Positions 1 to 11,074 of a DNA stretch of 58,298 bases are shown here, in pieces. Origin of the DNA: Malacoraja senta (taxonomy: Eukaryota); assembly GCA_038087875.1 (NCBI GenBank), contig JAXLNO010005863.1, positions 496,001 through 554,298 of the forward strand, written 5' to 3'. The stretch's first letter is position 1, and each line of letters starts with the position of its first letter. The notes beneath the pieces were generated by a model. It saw only the letters and a list, made by a program, of their open reading frames with translations. It had not been told where the DNA came from and searched no databases. The translations under genes and the position numbers were made by a program.

Positions 1-439
1 TGACAAGGATTGCGAGCTCCATGATGGTAAGTCCACAGGCTCCTGCGATGGATCTCCCGGTCGATCTCTAGCAAAGGCCGCCATTCCTCAATGTTAGGCC
101 GCATTGTGGACGGAGATACGATACAGAAAATATCGCATCAACGTCGAGGTAAGAGATTAGGAAAAGTTTCCCACAACTCCCCCACCCCCCCCCCCCGCCC
201 AAAAAACAAGCTTAAGAACACTGAAGAATATACATTTAACACATACAAAATGGACACAAAGAAGGAAGGGACAGACATACTGTTGGCGAGGCAACCATTG
301 CAGCAAAAGGTGGATTGCTTAAGGATATAGAAGGGAATATGTGCTTGGAGTTTGTGGATATAGGCGAGGTTTGGTTTCACCAAGGAAGACATGTAGAATA
401 GTAAGGACCATTAATAGTAAGTACATCATAAAATCCTCC

Positions 440-1170
440 AACATTTCTACCACCTCCAATGGGATCCCACTACTGGTCACATCTTCCCATCTCCACCCCT
501 TTCTGCTTTCCGCAGAGACCTTTCCCTCCGAAACTCCCTGGTCAACTCGTCCCTTCTTACCCAAACCACCCGCTCCCCGGATACTTTCCCCTGCAACCGC
601 AGGAGATGCAACACCTGTCCCTTTACGTCCCCCCTCGACTCCGTCCAAGGACCTAAAGTCTTTCCAGGTGAGGCAGAAGTTCACTTGCACCTCTTCCAAC
701 CTCATGTACTGTATCCGCTGTTTCAGTTGTCAACTTCTCTACATCAGTGAGACCAAGCGCAGGCGCGGCGATCGTTTTGCTGAACACTTCCGCTCAGTCC
801 GTCTTACCCTACCCGATCTCCCGGTGGCTCAGCACTTCAACTCCCCCTCCCATTCCCAATCTGACCTTTCTGTCCTGGGCCTCCTCCATTGTCAGAGTGA
901 GGCCCAGCCCAAATTGGAGGAACAGCACCTCATATTTTGCTTGGATAGTCTATACTCCAGCGGTATGAGCATTGACTTCTAATACGTTCGATAGCCCTTG
1001 ATTTCTCTCTCCATCCCCTCCCCCTTCCCAATTCTGCCACCAGTCTTACTGTCTCCGCCGAAATTCTAACTTTGTCCCTCCCCTGACATCAGTCTGAAGA
1101 AGCTGCCTGACCCGCTGAGTTACGCCTGCATTTTGTGTGTCTCTTCGATTTTAACATCTGCAGCATCTGC
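440..1170 (+). mobile_element. Penelope-like element 3' part: GIY-YIG endonuclease end plus terminal repeat
   Basis: ORF 341-982 contains FQVRQKFTCTSSNLMYCIRCFSCQLLYISETKRR...RFAEH...PVAQHFNS, typical of the PLE GIY-YIG domain. It is followed by the CAGTCTGAAGAAG...GCTGCCTGACCCGCTGAGTTA terminal motif. Confidence 0.85.
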
Positions 1171-1299
1171 AGTTCTTTCTTACACATGGAGAATCAATGT
1201 GGAGAATGCTAACATGCAGGGACACTTTGAAGTTAAGCAAGAAGGAGATGTTGGATCACTTGAAGAGAAATGTGGATAAATCCCCAGGACAGAGGGGTG

Positions 1300-1730
1300 T
1301 AGTGGATGATAATAATAATCGTTGAAAACATTAGTGCCGTGCTGGTTTCCGATGGGCACGGTGACGGACGCACCACACATCTCTGTCCTCCATGCAGCTG
1401 GCAGGCGCCTCGTTTATCTCTACACATGCGTCTTCCATCAACGTCTTCACCATCGTCTTGATTGGCCATCCTGGGTCAAGTCTTCCATGGGTGGGTTCCC
1501 ACAGCACAACCTTGTTTGCTGGCATTTCTGGGTGGCGGAGCCAGAGACCTGCGAGCCTCATCCTTCTCAACGTGATCTTCTCGGTCAGAGGTGGATTCTC
1601 CCCATAGAGCTGGGCGTTGGTGATGTGGTCCCTCCATCTGCATTTTGAACTTTTCCGAGCATTCGGATGTAGGTACCATCGAGAGTCTAGGACAGTGCTG
1701 GAGTGAGAGTCCATGCTTCACACCCGTACA
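1300..1730 (-). mobile_element. RTE/RTEX-like LINE 3' coding fragment
   Basis: ORF 1331-1714 reads WRDHITNAQLYG...RRMRLAGLWLRHPEMPANKVVLWEPTHG, resembling the C-terminus of RTE-clade ORF2. Confidence 0.6.
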
Positions 1731-1920
1731 ATAATATGGTCTCTACAGTTGCACGGAAAGACAAATATTCAGGCTGTAGTTCAGTGACAAGTAGAGTTCT
1801 GCAGGGATCTGTGCTGTGACCCTTGCTACTTGTGACATATATAAATGACTTGGACCCTGGTGTTCAGAAATTACCCAGTCATAACAATTAATCAAATAAT
1901 GATTTTTATTTTTATTTCAG

Positions 1921-2196
1921 ATTATCACGACGTTCAAGGACAGTTTGGTTGTGAGGTGAACGATCACAGTCCCACTGTAGGGATATTGAAGTTGGCTTTT
2001 GATGGAAGTTATGCATTTAGTTTTGATAAGGACAAATTAAAGTGGACGGTGCATGATCCAATAGCTGAGCCCTTCAAAGAGAAATGGGACAAGAATGAAA
2101 AAATGAACCGTTATTTCAAGAGCTTGTTAGAACATGACTGTGTGAATCTATGGCTTACATACTATGCAATTGGAAAGACATTCCTGACCAGAAAAG
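1921..2196 (+). CDS. MHC class I-like alpha2 domain exon (non-classical)
   Basis: Acceptor TTTATTTCAG at 1911-1920 and donor GTGAG at 2197 bound 276 nt, phase 1-1. Translation (D)YHDVQGQFGCEV...AFDGSYAFSFDKDKLKW...FKEKWD...LEHDCVNLWLTYYAIGKTFLTRK has both alpha2 cysteines. Confidence 0.9.
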
Positions 2197-2469
2197 GTGA
2201 GTTCAGAACAAAGGATGTTGTTTTGCAATGGTAGGCAATGAGTAATATTATCTCTGACCCAATCATGACAGAGGGAAAGGTCATTCGGCCCATTGATTCT
2301 ATGCTAGTCTTCTACGCAATGTCGACAAACTGTTCCACAGCTCTCTCTCACAACTTGCACTCAGCTCCCTTGGATTCTCCTTGCATTCAGCTCCACGACG
2401 GATAATTTGCAATGTCCAACTAACTCACTGGCACGTCTTTGGTATATTGGACAAAACTGGAGCACTTGG

Positions 2470-4470
2470 AGGAAGCCAACTGAGTCATAAGGTCATAAGT
2501 GATGGCTGCAGCATTAGAACATTCGGCCCATCAAGTCGACTTCGCCAGTCAATCATGGCTGATCTATCTCTCCCTCCTAACCCCATTCTCCTGCCTTCTC
2601 CCCATAACCCCTGACCTGCATACTAATCAAGAATTAAAAATATCCATTGACGGACTCCACAGCCTTCTGTGGCAAATAATTCCACAGAATCACCATCCTC
2701 TGACAAAATAAATTCCTCCTCATCTCTTTCCTAAAGGAATGTCCTTTAATATTGAGACTATGACCTCTCGTCGTAGACTCTCCCACCATTGGAGACATCC
2801 TCTCCACATCCACATCTATCCAAGCCTTTCACTATTTGTTTAAAAAAAAATATATATTTTTATTAGAAGCATGTGCATATCATAATACAAACATTTCTTA
2901 TATATCAATCCTACTTTGCTAATAGGTGGGAATCCAGCTATCAAAATAATAGTGGTCCTCCTTTATCAATTGTATATTAAATCTGCTTCTATTTAGTTTT
3001 GTTTTATAGATAGAAAGTGAGAAATTTAAAAAAAGGCATGATAAAGAAGAATGGAATAATTTACCAATAATACAACTTTGGAGATAGGTCCGTAGGTTAT
3101 AAAGCATAACTATTCATCTAATCCTGAGCTTGGATTTCAGTCAGATTCCCATGCTGAACCAATTTACCCTTTCAAAAAATCAATAAATAGAGACCTTATT
3201 CTATTAAATAATTCAAGTTTGTCAATTAAGACAAGTCTAGTTCTTTCCAAATGTAAGGTCTCTGACATTTCCATAATCCACATTTTGATTGTGGGGGTTA
3301 TAGGACCTTTCCAAAATTTTAATATTAATTTTTTCCCAATTATTATACTATAATCAAGAAAGTTTCTTTGGTTTATTGTAAGTCTTAGGCTTTGTTCTGA
3401 CATTCCTAATATTATTAGTTTTGAGTCGGGATCCAATTGGGTATTGACTACTTCAGAAATTATTCTGAAAATGTCCTTCCAGAAATTTTTGATTTTTATA
3501 CAATTTACAAAGGTATGAGTTAAGTTAGCCTCTAAATGCTGGCATTTATCACAAATAGGAGAGATATGTGGGAAGATTCTATTTAATTTTGTTTAAGAAT
3601 AATGTAATCTATGTAATACTTTAAATTGTATTAAGGCATGTCTGGCATTTAACGAGCATTGATGTATATATTGTAGACTTTCGTCCCAAATATCTTTCGT
3701 TATGGGTTGGCCTAATTCATTTTCCCATGTGTGTCTATATAAATCCGTCGGCGAGACCTCACTATCTAAGAGGGTATTATAAATATGAGATATTAAATTT
3801 TCTGTATTAGGATGTTTATTCAAACATCAAGGATTTCTGGTTCCCTAGTTCTGTAATCTTGTGTATTTGATTTAATGTAATCTTTAAGTTGTAAATATCT
3901 GAAAAAGTTATTTGAGTGTAGTCCGTAAATCTGTTGTAACTCCTGAAATGAAAGAAAAGTGCCTTTCCTATAAAGATGACCAATCTTTTTAATTCCATAA
4001 TTTTTCCATTGTGTAAAGCCTTTATCCAACATGGAGGGTTTGAATAAAGGGTTGTTTATAATGGGGAGAGAGTGATAAATTATCCAATTTTAAAGTCTTT
4101 TTTAATTGTTTCCAAATTCGTATACCACTATATATTATAGGATTTTCACTATAGGTTTTTTAATGCAATTTTGTGGGAGAAAACATAATCAAACCAATTT
4201 CAAAAGGCAAACAGACTTTCACTATTTTATATGATTCAATGAGGTCCCCCCTTTATTCTTCTAAACTCCAGCAAGTACAGGCCCACTGCCATCAAATGGT
4301 CATCATATGTTAACCCATTCATTCCTGGGATCATTCTTGTACACCTCCTCTGGACCCTCTCTAGAGCCAGCACATCCTTCCTCAGATATGGTGCCCAAAA
4401 TTGCTCACAATGCTCCAAATGTGGTTTGACTGGCGCCTTATAGAACCTCAGCATTACATCCCTGTTTGAC
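2470..4470 (-). mobile_element. CR1/HER1-like LINE 3' end (2470-2837 plus 4216-4470), split by an L1 insertion
   Basis: The two pieces join into a continuous CR1 3' sequence (ALERVQRRCTRMIPGM...LEFRR, then GHSL...MRRNLF and tail). Confidence 0.85.
2838..4215 (-). mobile_element. 5'-truncated L1-clade LINE with 12-bp TSD
   Basis: Minus-strand ORFs include CSLNARHALIQFKVLHRLHY and LDPDSKLIILG...KKLILKFWK (zf-RVT region). The duplication CTTTCACTATTT lies at 2826-2837 and 4216-4227. Confidence 0.85.
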
Positions 4471-4784
4471 AGGGAGAAAGTGTAATTGATGTCTTTCATA
4501 GTAGTTAACCATGGATTTTATTGACCACAGTTGACAGCCCCTAATGGGATTGCATGTCTATCACACATTTCAAAAGAGCACAGCGTTAAGCTTCGAAGGG
4601 CAAAATTTACACGAGATGTGCAGGTCAAGTGTTTTTTTCACAGAGAGAGCTTGATACCTAGAATGCGCTACCAGGAGTGGTGGTAGAGGAGGACATGATA
4701 ATGGTGCTTAAGAAAGTTTTGGACAGGCTCGTGGGTATGCAGGGAATACAAGGATATGGATCACATGCAGGCAGTGGAGATTAG

Positions 4785-5075
4785 TTTTGGTTTAGTTTAG
4801 AGATAGAGTATGGAAACAGGAACTTTGGGCCACTGAGTCCACACGGACCAGCAATTGTCCATTCACTATTTCTGTCCTTCAAGCTAGGGACAATTTACAG
4901 AAGCAAATTAACCTACAAACCTGCACGTCTTTTGTATTTGGGAGGAAACCGGAGCCCCCAGAGAAAACCCACAGGGTGACAGAGAGAACGTACAAACTCC
5001 ATCCAGACAGCACTCTAGTCAGGATCGAACCCGGGTCTCTAATGCTGTAAGACAGCCACTCTATCACAGTGCCGC
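4785..5075 (-). mobile_element. tRNA-derived SINE (V-SINE-like) with LINE-type tail
   Basis: Minus strand shows a B-box-like GGTTCGATCC, the core AAAGACGTGCAGGTTTGTAGGTTAATT and a (CTAAA)n tail. A second copy is at 33165-33465. Confidence 0.75.
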
Positions 5076-5094
5076 TGTGTTGCCTTAGTTTAAC

Positions 5095-6040
5095 TTGGTA
5101 TCCTGTTGCTCTTACTTCAACTGTTGCTCTTACTTCAACTGTGATGAAGTGTTTTGAGAGGCTGGTCCTGGCCCACATTAAATCCTCACTCCCATCCACC
5201 CTGGATCAGCATCAGTTTGCATACAGAGCTAACAGGTCAACAGAGGACGCCATCAACATAGCTCTACATTCTGCACTGACTCACCTGGAGCGCCCCAGCT
5301 CATATGTGAGGATATTGTTTGTAGATTTTAGTTCTGCATTCAATACCATCATCCCCAGCAGAATGGTGGACAAACTGGGTGTAAATGCCAACACATGCAG
5401 ATGGATCAAGGACTTATTAACAGATCGCCCACAGACTGTCAGGATGGGGTCCAATCACTCCCCAGTCCTGCCGCTCAGCACAGGAGCGCCACAAGGTTGT
5501 GTGCTGAGTCCTATTCTCTAAACAATATACACCCATGACTGCACACCAACACAGAGCACAAACCGGATCATTAAGTTTGCAGATGACACGACTGTGGTGG
5601 GGCTGATAAATAACAACGACGAGTCTGCCTACAGAGATGAAGTCCAAAAACTGACTGTCTGGTGCATTAACAATAACCTGGTACTCAACTCAACCAAAAC
5701 AAAAGAACTGGTTATTGACTTCAGGAGGAGGAGAGAGGAACCTGCTCCTCTCTAGATCAAAGGAGACATGGTGGAGAGAGTCACTGGCTTTAAGTTCCTG
5801 GGTACATACATCTCCCAGGACCTCACATGGACAGTGAACACCATCACTCTTGTAAAGAAGTCACAGCATCGGCTATATTTCCTGAGGTCTTGCTGGTAAT
5901 ATGAGAGTTAATGTGTTTTTGTACTTTTAAATCTTTTTATCCTGTCTTTTATTGTATACAACTGAAGGAGATGCACTGAAATTTCGTTGTACAGTTGCTG
6001 TGCAATGACAATAAAACGTATTGTATTCGATTCTGCTGAT
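5095..6040 (+). mobile_element. Rex1/Babar-like LINE RT fragment and tail
   Basis: Translation VALTSTVMKCFERLV...DQHQFAYRANRSTEDAI...VDFSSAFNTI...GAPQGCVLSP, with KFADDT downstream. Confidence 0.85.
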
Positions 6041-7349
6041 TTGCATTTGTTGTTGTATTTATAGGTGTATCTTTCATTGCCATTTCCTGCTTGCTGTGTA
6101 AACTTCATCTGAATAAGGAAATGATTTGCAACCTATATATATATATAACCATTAACTAATCTGAATTTGACTAATTTATTATTTTGACATAAAATGGCAT
6201 AACCTCTGTACTCTCTTACACAACTAGATATCTTTTAACTGTATCATTAAGTCTGGCGCTGATCCCAGCAATCACTTGAAAGAGATTGTGGCCATCTTTA
6301 AGGGTGATCAATCCATTGTGCAGCCCCTTTCAAGATGTTCTTTGGGAAAGAGACTTTTAAAATTGGTTTCTTTTTTTTTTCCATTCCAATGAAGAGTCCT
6401 TGACCTGAAAAGTCAATTTTGTCTCACTCTCTGATCACCTTAAACTTTCTTTGGTTTAAAGAGATTCAGTATAATATACTGAGAAAGCACCTTGACTGGT
6501 GGCGTAATTGTATTGTGTGGCAATTCCAACACAGGAGGCTGTAGAGGGTGGTGACCTCATCCCGATCTATCAGTGGAACAACACATCTCACCATAGAAAG
6601 TATCTATATGAATCATCTCAAGTATGTGCCATCTGTCATCGTCCATGTCCACTTCTTACTGCTTCCGACAGGCTGAAGGCTCACACAACCAGCTTCAAAC
6701 CAGCTACTTTCCCACAACTTTCAGGTGTTTGAACCAACCTGCATAACCCTAATCCTGACTTGGCAACGGAACATTTCGGACCACTTCTTGCACCACCATT
6801 AATTCGTTTTTCTCATTGTGAACACTGATGTCCTGCTTTTCATATATTTTTTATTATTGTTCTTGCCTTTCACCTCTTGAGGAGGAAGTCAGAAATGTTC
6901 TCATAGAAGTTCAAGACACAGTTTTACTCCGTGCTGTTCATGATGTCAATGGCCAAACAAAATAACTTTTACTGAATACTTTAATTTTTATAAAAATAAG
7001 TGTAAAGTTTATTTCGTCTGATGAATGGTCTGATGACTTGTTGCACACGGAACAGGAGTGCGTGTAGAATGAATGGGTGTGGCATTAGATAAGGTGCACA
7101 GCGAAACTGGGAGGAGACGACTTCTCAATCAATGTTTGAAGCATTCATTCGTGCTAAATGTGACCAGGTAATATCAACAGCAATCTGTCTCCTGCAGATA
7201 ATGTCAAAGCTTCTCGACATCAATGAAAAGAAAATAATTGCAAATCGCAGGTAATTCAACGCCGTCGCGAACTCGTTTATGTTATTATGTTTTAGAATCA
7301 AATAAACTGTTCGTGCCTGAGAAAACTACCTCGCGATAAAAGCAGATAC

Positions 7350-7660
7350 AAGGAACCACAGATGCTGGTTGACAAAGAAAAAGACACGAAGTGCTGGAGT
7401 AACTCAGCGGGTCAGGCAGGCAGCATCTCTGGAGAACTTGGATAGGCGATGAATCTGGTCGGGACCCTTCTTCAGACTGAGTGTGGCGTGGAGGGGGTTT
7501 TGGAGGGGTAGATATTAGTATCTTTGGTAGATATTGGTGCCCCTAGAAACAGAATTTCCGACCAACCACCACAACCTCTCCAACCACCACAATCAGTCTG
7601 AAGAAGGGACTCGACGACAAACTCCATCTTATCGATGTTCTCCAGAGATGCCGCCAGATA
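7350..7660. repeat. Inverted pair of Penelope-type terminal repeats with degenerate hammerhead cores
   Basis: CCCTTCTTCAGACTG at about 7465-7480 and CAGTCTGAAGAAGGG at about 7594-7608 face each other. Flanks carry GCTGGAGTAACTCAGCGGGTCAGGCAG and AGAGATGCCGCC. Confidence 0.7.
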
Positions 7661-8349
7661 AAAGCTGCGGCTTTGAACTCTCGGAAGTAAACTGTTCGAT
7701 GGAGGGCTGATTCATAGAACTATTATTTCATGTGTTTTCGACAATATTTAAATCACGGGGCAGATCATAGATTGACTTTCACGATGAATGGCGTAACGCG
7801 AAATCAATATCACAGGTTGATCAATAAATCCGACGACAGGCGGAGAATTGCGGAGGTTGCGTGCGGATGTTTTACCCGGTGTCTTCATGGGTTCAGGGAC
7901 CAGAATATTAGACTATATTGACATTGGAACAAAGTGCAAAACTTGAGAGCTTCAGCAGAAATCATGTAACGAGACGGCCGGTGACCATTTTCTAACAGAA
8001 CACTGTACTTAACGTAGAGAAGAGACAATTACATACGAAACGTAACTAACTTCATACCAAAGATACTCCTCCAGTCCTTTGCCACAGTTCTTGGTTCTTG
8101 GTTTCTTGGTCCTCCAAAATATTCCAAATGGAATTTAAACTGGAGGTGGTGATGGGAGGACTTAAGCCAGAAAGGGTTTTTGGGAAGAAAGAGCTACCTG
8201 AAATTTAGTTGCATCTGGTTGGGTAACTATGAAGTTTTACTCCCACTGTCATTTTGTAAAGTTAACGTGTGAAGCCACGGGCGGAAACTCTCGAGCTCCT
8301 AATTGTTTTCATAGTTGTAGATGTACACGGGAGTGCGGGGGCCTCCAAC

Positions 8350-8451
8350 ATGGACAAACAAGCTACAAAAATAACCACTAATGTCGGACGATTCCTGATT
8401 GTGGCGTTGCTGGCACTGGCATTGGTATTTCTAAACTTGCGACATATAAAG
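8350..8451 (+). CDS. NXPE3-like: NXPE3-like exon 1 (type II signal anchor)
   Basis: Encodes MDKQATKITTNVGRFLIVALLALALVFLNLRHIK. Donor GTGAGT at 8452, phase 0. Confidence 0.75.
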
Positions 8452-8574
8452 GTGAGTAGAAAGATAAAACTAAAGGGCCTGTCCCACCAGCATGCGACTG
8501 CATGCGTCTAGCGCCACCTAACGTGGTGACTTGAGGCGTACGGCCGCGCGGGGCCGGTCCCACTTCCAACCGCG

Positions 8575-8795
8575 GGGCCGTGTGGAGTTGTGCGGGGCGT
8601 GTGGAGTTGTGCGGGGCCGTGTGGAGTTGTGCGGGGCCGTGTGGCGTTGTGCGGGGCCGTGCGGAGTTGTGCGGGGCCGTGCGGAGTTGTGCGGGGCCGT
8701 GCGGAGTTGTGCGGGGCCGTGCGGAGTTGTGCGGGGCCGTGCGGAGTTGTGCGGGGCCGTGCGGAGTTGTGCAGGGCCGTGTGGAGTTGTGCGGG
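8575..8795 (+). repeat. 20-bp minisatellite (GTGCGGAGTTGTGCGGGGCC), about 10 copies
   Basis: Directly visible tandem array. Confidence 0.95.
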
Positions 8796-8920
8796 GCCGG
8801 TCCGGTCCCGACATCAAACTCATCAATCAGCTGGGCAGGAGGCGGGCCGACTGAATCTGGACGTCGCACGGCGTCGGGCTATGACGTCAAGACGCTGCGT
8901 TCGGCGTCAAGACGCTGCGT

Positions 8921-10480
8921 ACATAGAAACATAGACAATAGGTGCAGGAGGAGGCCATTCGGCCCTTCGAGCCAGCACCGCCATTCAATATGATCATGGC
9001 TGATCATCCAACTCAGTATCCTGTACCTGCTTTCTCTCCATACCCCCTGATCCCTTTAGCCACAAGGGCCACATCTAACTCCCTCTTAAATATAGCCAAT
9101 GAACTGGCCTCAACTACCTTCTGTGGCAGAGAATTCCACAGATTCACCACTCTCTGTGTAAAAAATGATTTTCTCATCTCGGTCCTAAAAGATTTCCCCC
9201 TTATCCTTAAACTGTGACCCCTTGTTCTGGACTTCACCAACATTGGGAACAATCTTCCTGCATCTAGCCTGTCAAACCCCTTAAGAATTTTGTAAGTTTC
9301 TATAAGATCCCCCCTCAGTCTTCTAAATTCTAGCGAGTACAAGCCGAGTCTATCCACTCTTTCTTCATGTGAGTCCTGCCATCCCAGGAATCAGTCTGGT
9401 GAACCTTCTCTGTACTCCCTCTATGGCAAGAATGTCTTTCCTCAGACTAGAAGACCGAAACTACGCAATACTGCAGGTGTGGTCTCATCAAGACCCTGTA
9501 CAACTGCAGTAGAACCTCCCTGCTCCTATACTCAAATCCTTTTGCTATGAATGCTAACATACCATTCGCTTTCTTCACTGCCTGCTGCACCTGCATGCCT
9601 ACTTTCAATGACTGGTATACCATGACACCCAGGTCTCGTTGCATCTCCCCTTTTCCTAATCGGCCACCATTTAGATAATAGTCTTCTTTCCTGTTTTTGA
9701 CACCAAAGTGGATAACCTCACATTTATCCACATTATACTGCATCTGCCATGCATTTGCCCACTCACCCAGCCTATCCAAGTCACCTTGCAGCCTCCTAGC
9801 ATCCTCCTCACAGCTAACTCTGCCCCCCAGCTTTGTGTCATCCGCAAACTTGGAGATGTTGCATTCAATTCCCTCGTCCAAATCGATAATATATATTGTA
9901 AATAGCTGGGGTCCCAGCACTGAGCCTTGCGGTACCCCACTAGTAGAGCCTGCCATACTGAAAAGGACCTGTTTACTCCTACTCTTTGCTTCCTGTCTGC
10001 CAGCCAGTTCTCTATCCACATAAATACTGAACCCCCAATACCTTGTGCTTTAAGTTTGTATACTAATCTCTTATGTGGGACCTTGTCGAAAGCCTTCTGA
10101 AAGTCCAGATATAACACATCCACTGGTACTCCCTTATCCACTCTACTAGTTACATCCTCGAAAAATTCTATAAGATTCACCACTTTCCAAATGTGCTGCT
10201 ATCCCATCTTTAATAACTGACTCTAGCAGTTTCCCCACTACCGATCATAGACTAACTGGTCTGTAATTCCCCGCTTTCTCTCTCCCTCCCTTTTTAAAAA
10301 GTGGGGTTACATTAGCTACCCTCCAATCCTCAGGAACTACTCCAGAATCTAAAGAGTTTTGAAAAATTATCACTAATGCATCCACTATTTCTGGGGCTAC
10401 TTCCTTAAGTACTCTGGGATGCAGCCTATCTGGCCCTGGGGATTTATCGGCCTTTAATCCATTCAATTTACCTAACACCA
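8921..10480 (-). mobile_element. CR1/HER1-like LINE, 5'-truncated
   Basis: RT motifs LDFQKAFDKVPH, GVPQGSVLGP and KFADDTK, plus a (CTATGTTT)-type tail at the left end. Confidence 0.95.
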
Positions 10481-10854
10481 CGGCGTCAAGATTCTGCGTG
10501 CGTCGTGGTGGTGGTGCGTGCGGCGTTGAGGCGGTGTGTGCGGCCTCATTGCGGCAACAGACCAGCAGGACTTTGCCGCACGGAATTTTTGAACACTGTC
10601 AGTTTTACGGAGCCCCGTGCGATGTCGGGACCAGCTCCGCACAACTCCATACGGCTCCGGCGATCGAAGTAGGACCGGCCCCGCGAGGCCGCACGGCTAG
10701 CGTGACCACGTTAGGTCGCACTAGCTGCATGCAGTCCCATGCTCGTGGGACAGGCCCTTAACGCCCATGCCACCACGCATTAAATTGATAACTGTGAAAA
10801 ATAGAAAGATTAAACGAGAACTTACCGTTTGAAGTTTGATCTTGAAGTGCCAGA

Positions 10855-11000
10855 TGGGCATCAGCCTGGGTTGGGATGTAGACCGCGGTCAGGATCATGG
10901 AGGTGAATTCCCTCAGTAGGTAGAAGGAATGGCACTTCACAGCCAGGTGTTCCAGGTGTGGAGAGCAGGAGTTGGACAGGACTGCCACGTCTGAGCACCA
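10855..11000 (-). mobile_element. Rex1/L2-like LINE endonuclease fragment
   Basis: Translation HLEHLAVKCHSFYLLREFTSMILTAVYIP. Confidence 0.6.
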
Positions 11001-11074
11001 CACAGAGTTGTAGTAGGATAGTAGGGAGAGGGGATCGAAGTCACCTGCGCTTCAGTCTGACCTGAAATCCTGCC

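Larger units (their letters stand above)
8474..10758. mobile_element. PIF/Harbinger-type MITE with internal 20-bp array and nested CR1
   Basis: TIRs AGGGCCTGTCCCAC (8474-8487) and GTGGGACAGGCCCT (10745-10758). TAA target duplication at 8471-8473 and 10759-10761. Confidence 0.85.

Noticed and set aside
1-40. GATG|GTAAGT as the end of the MHC alpha1 exon
   Set aside because: The upstream translation is too short and not alpha1-like, and the context looks repeat-derived.
7855-7920. CVRMFYP as an MHC alpha3 exon
   Set aside because: The Cys-to-FYP spacing is wrong, there is no Gly, a stop follows soon, and there is no second Cys motif.
8378-8993. Several 100-160 aa ORFs on both strands
   Set aside because: They are translations of the stop-free 20-bp minisatellite inside the MITE.
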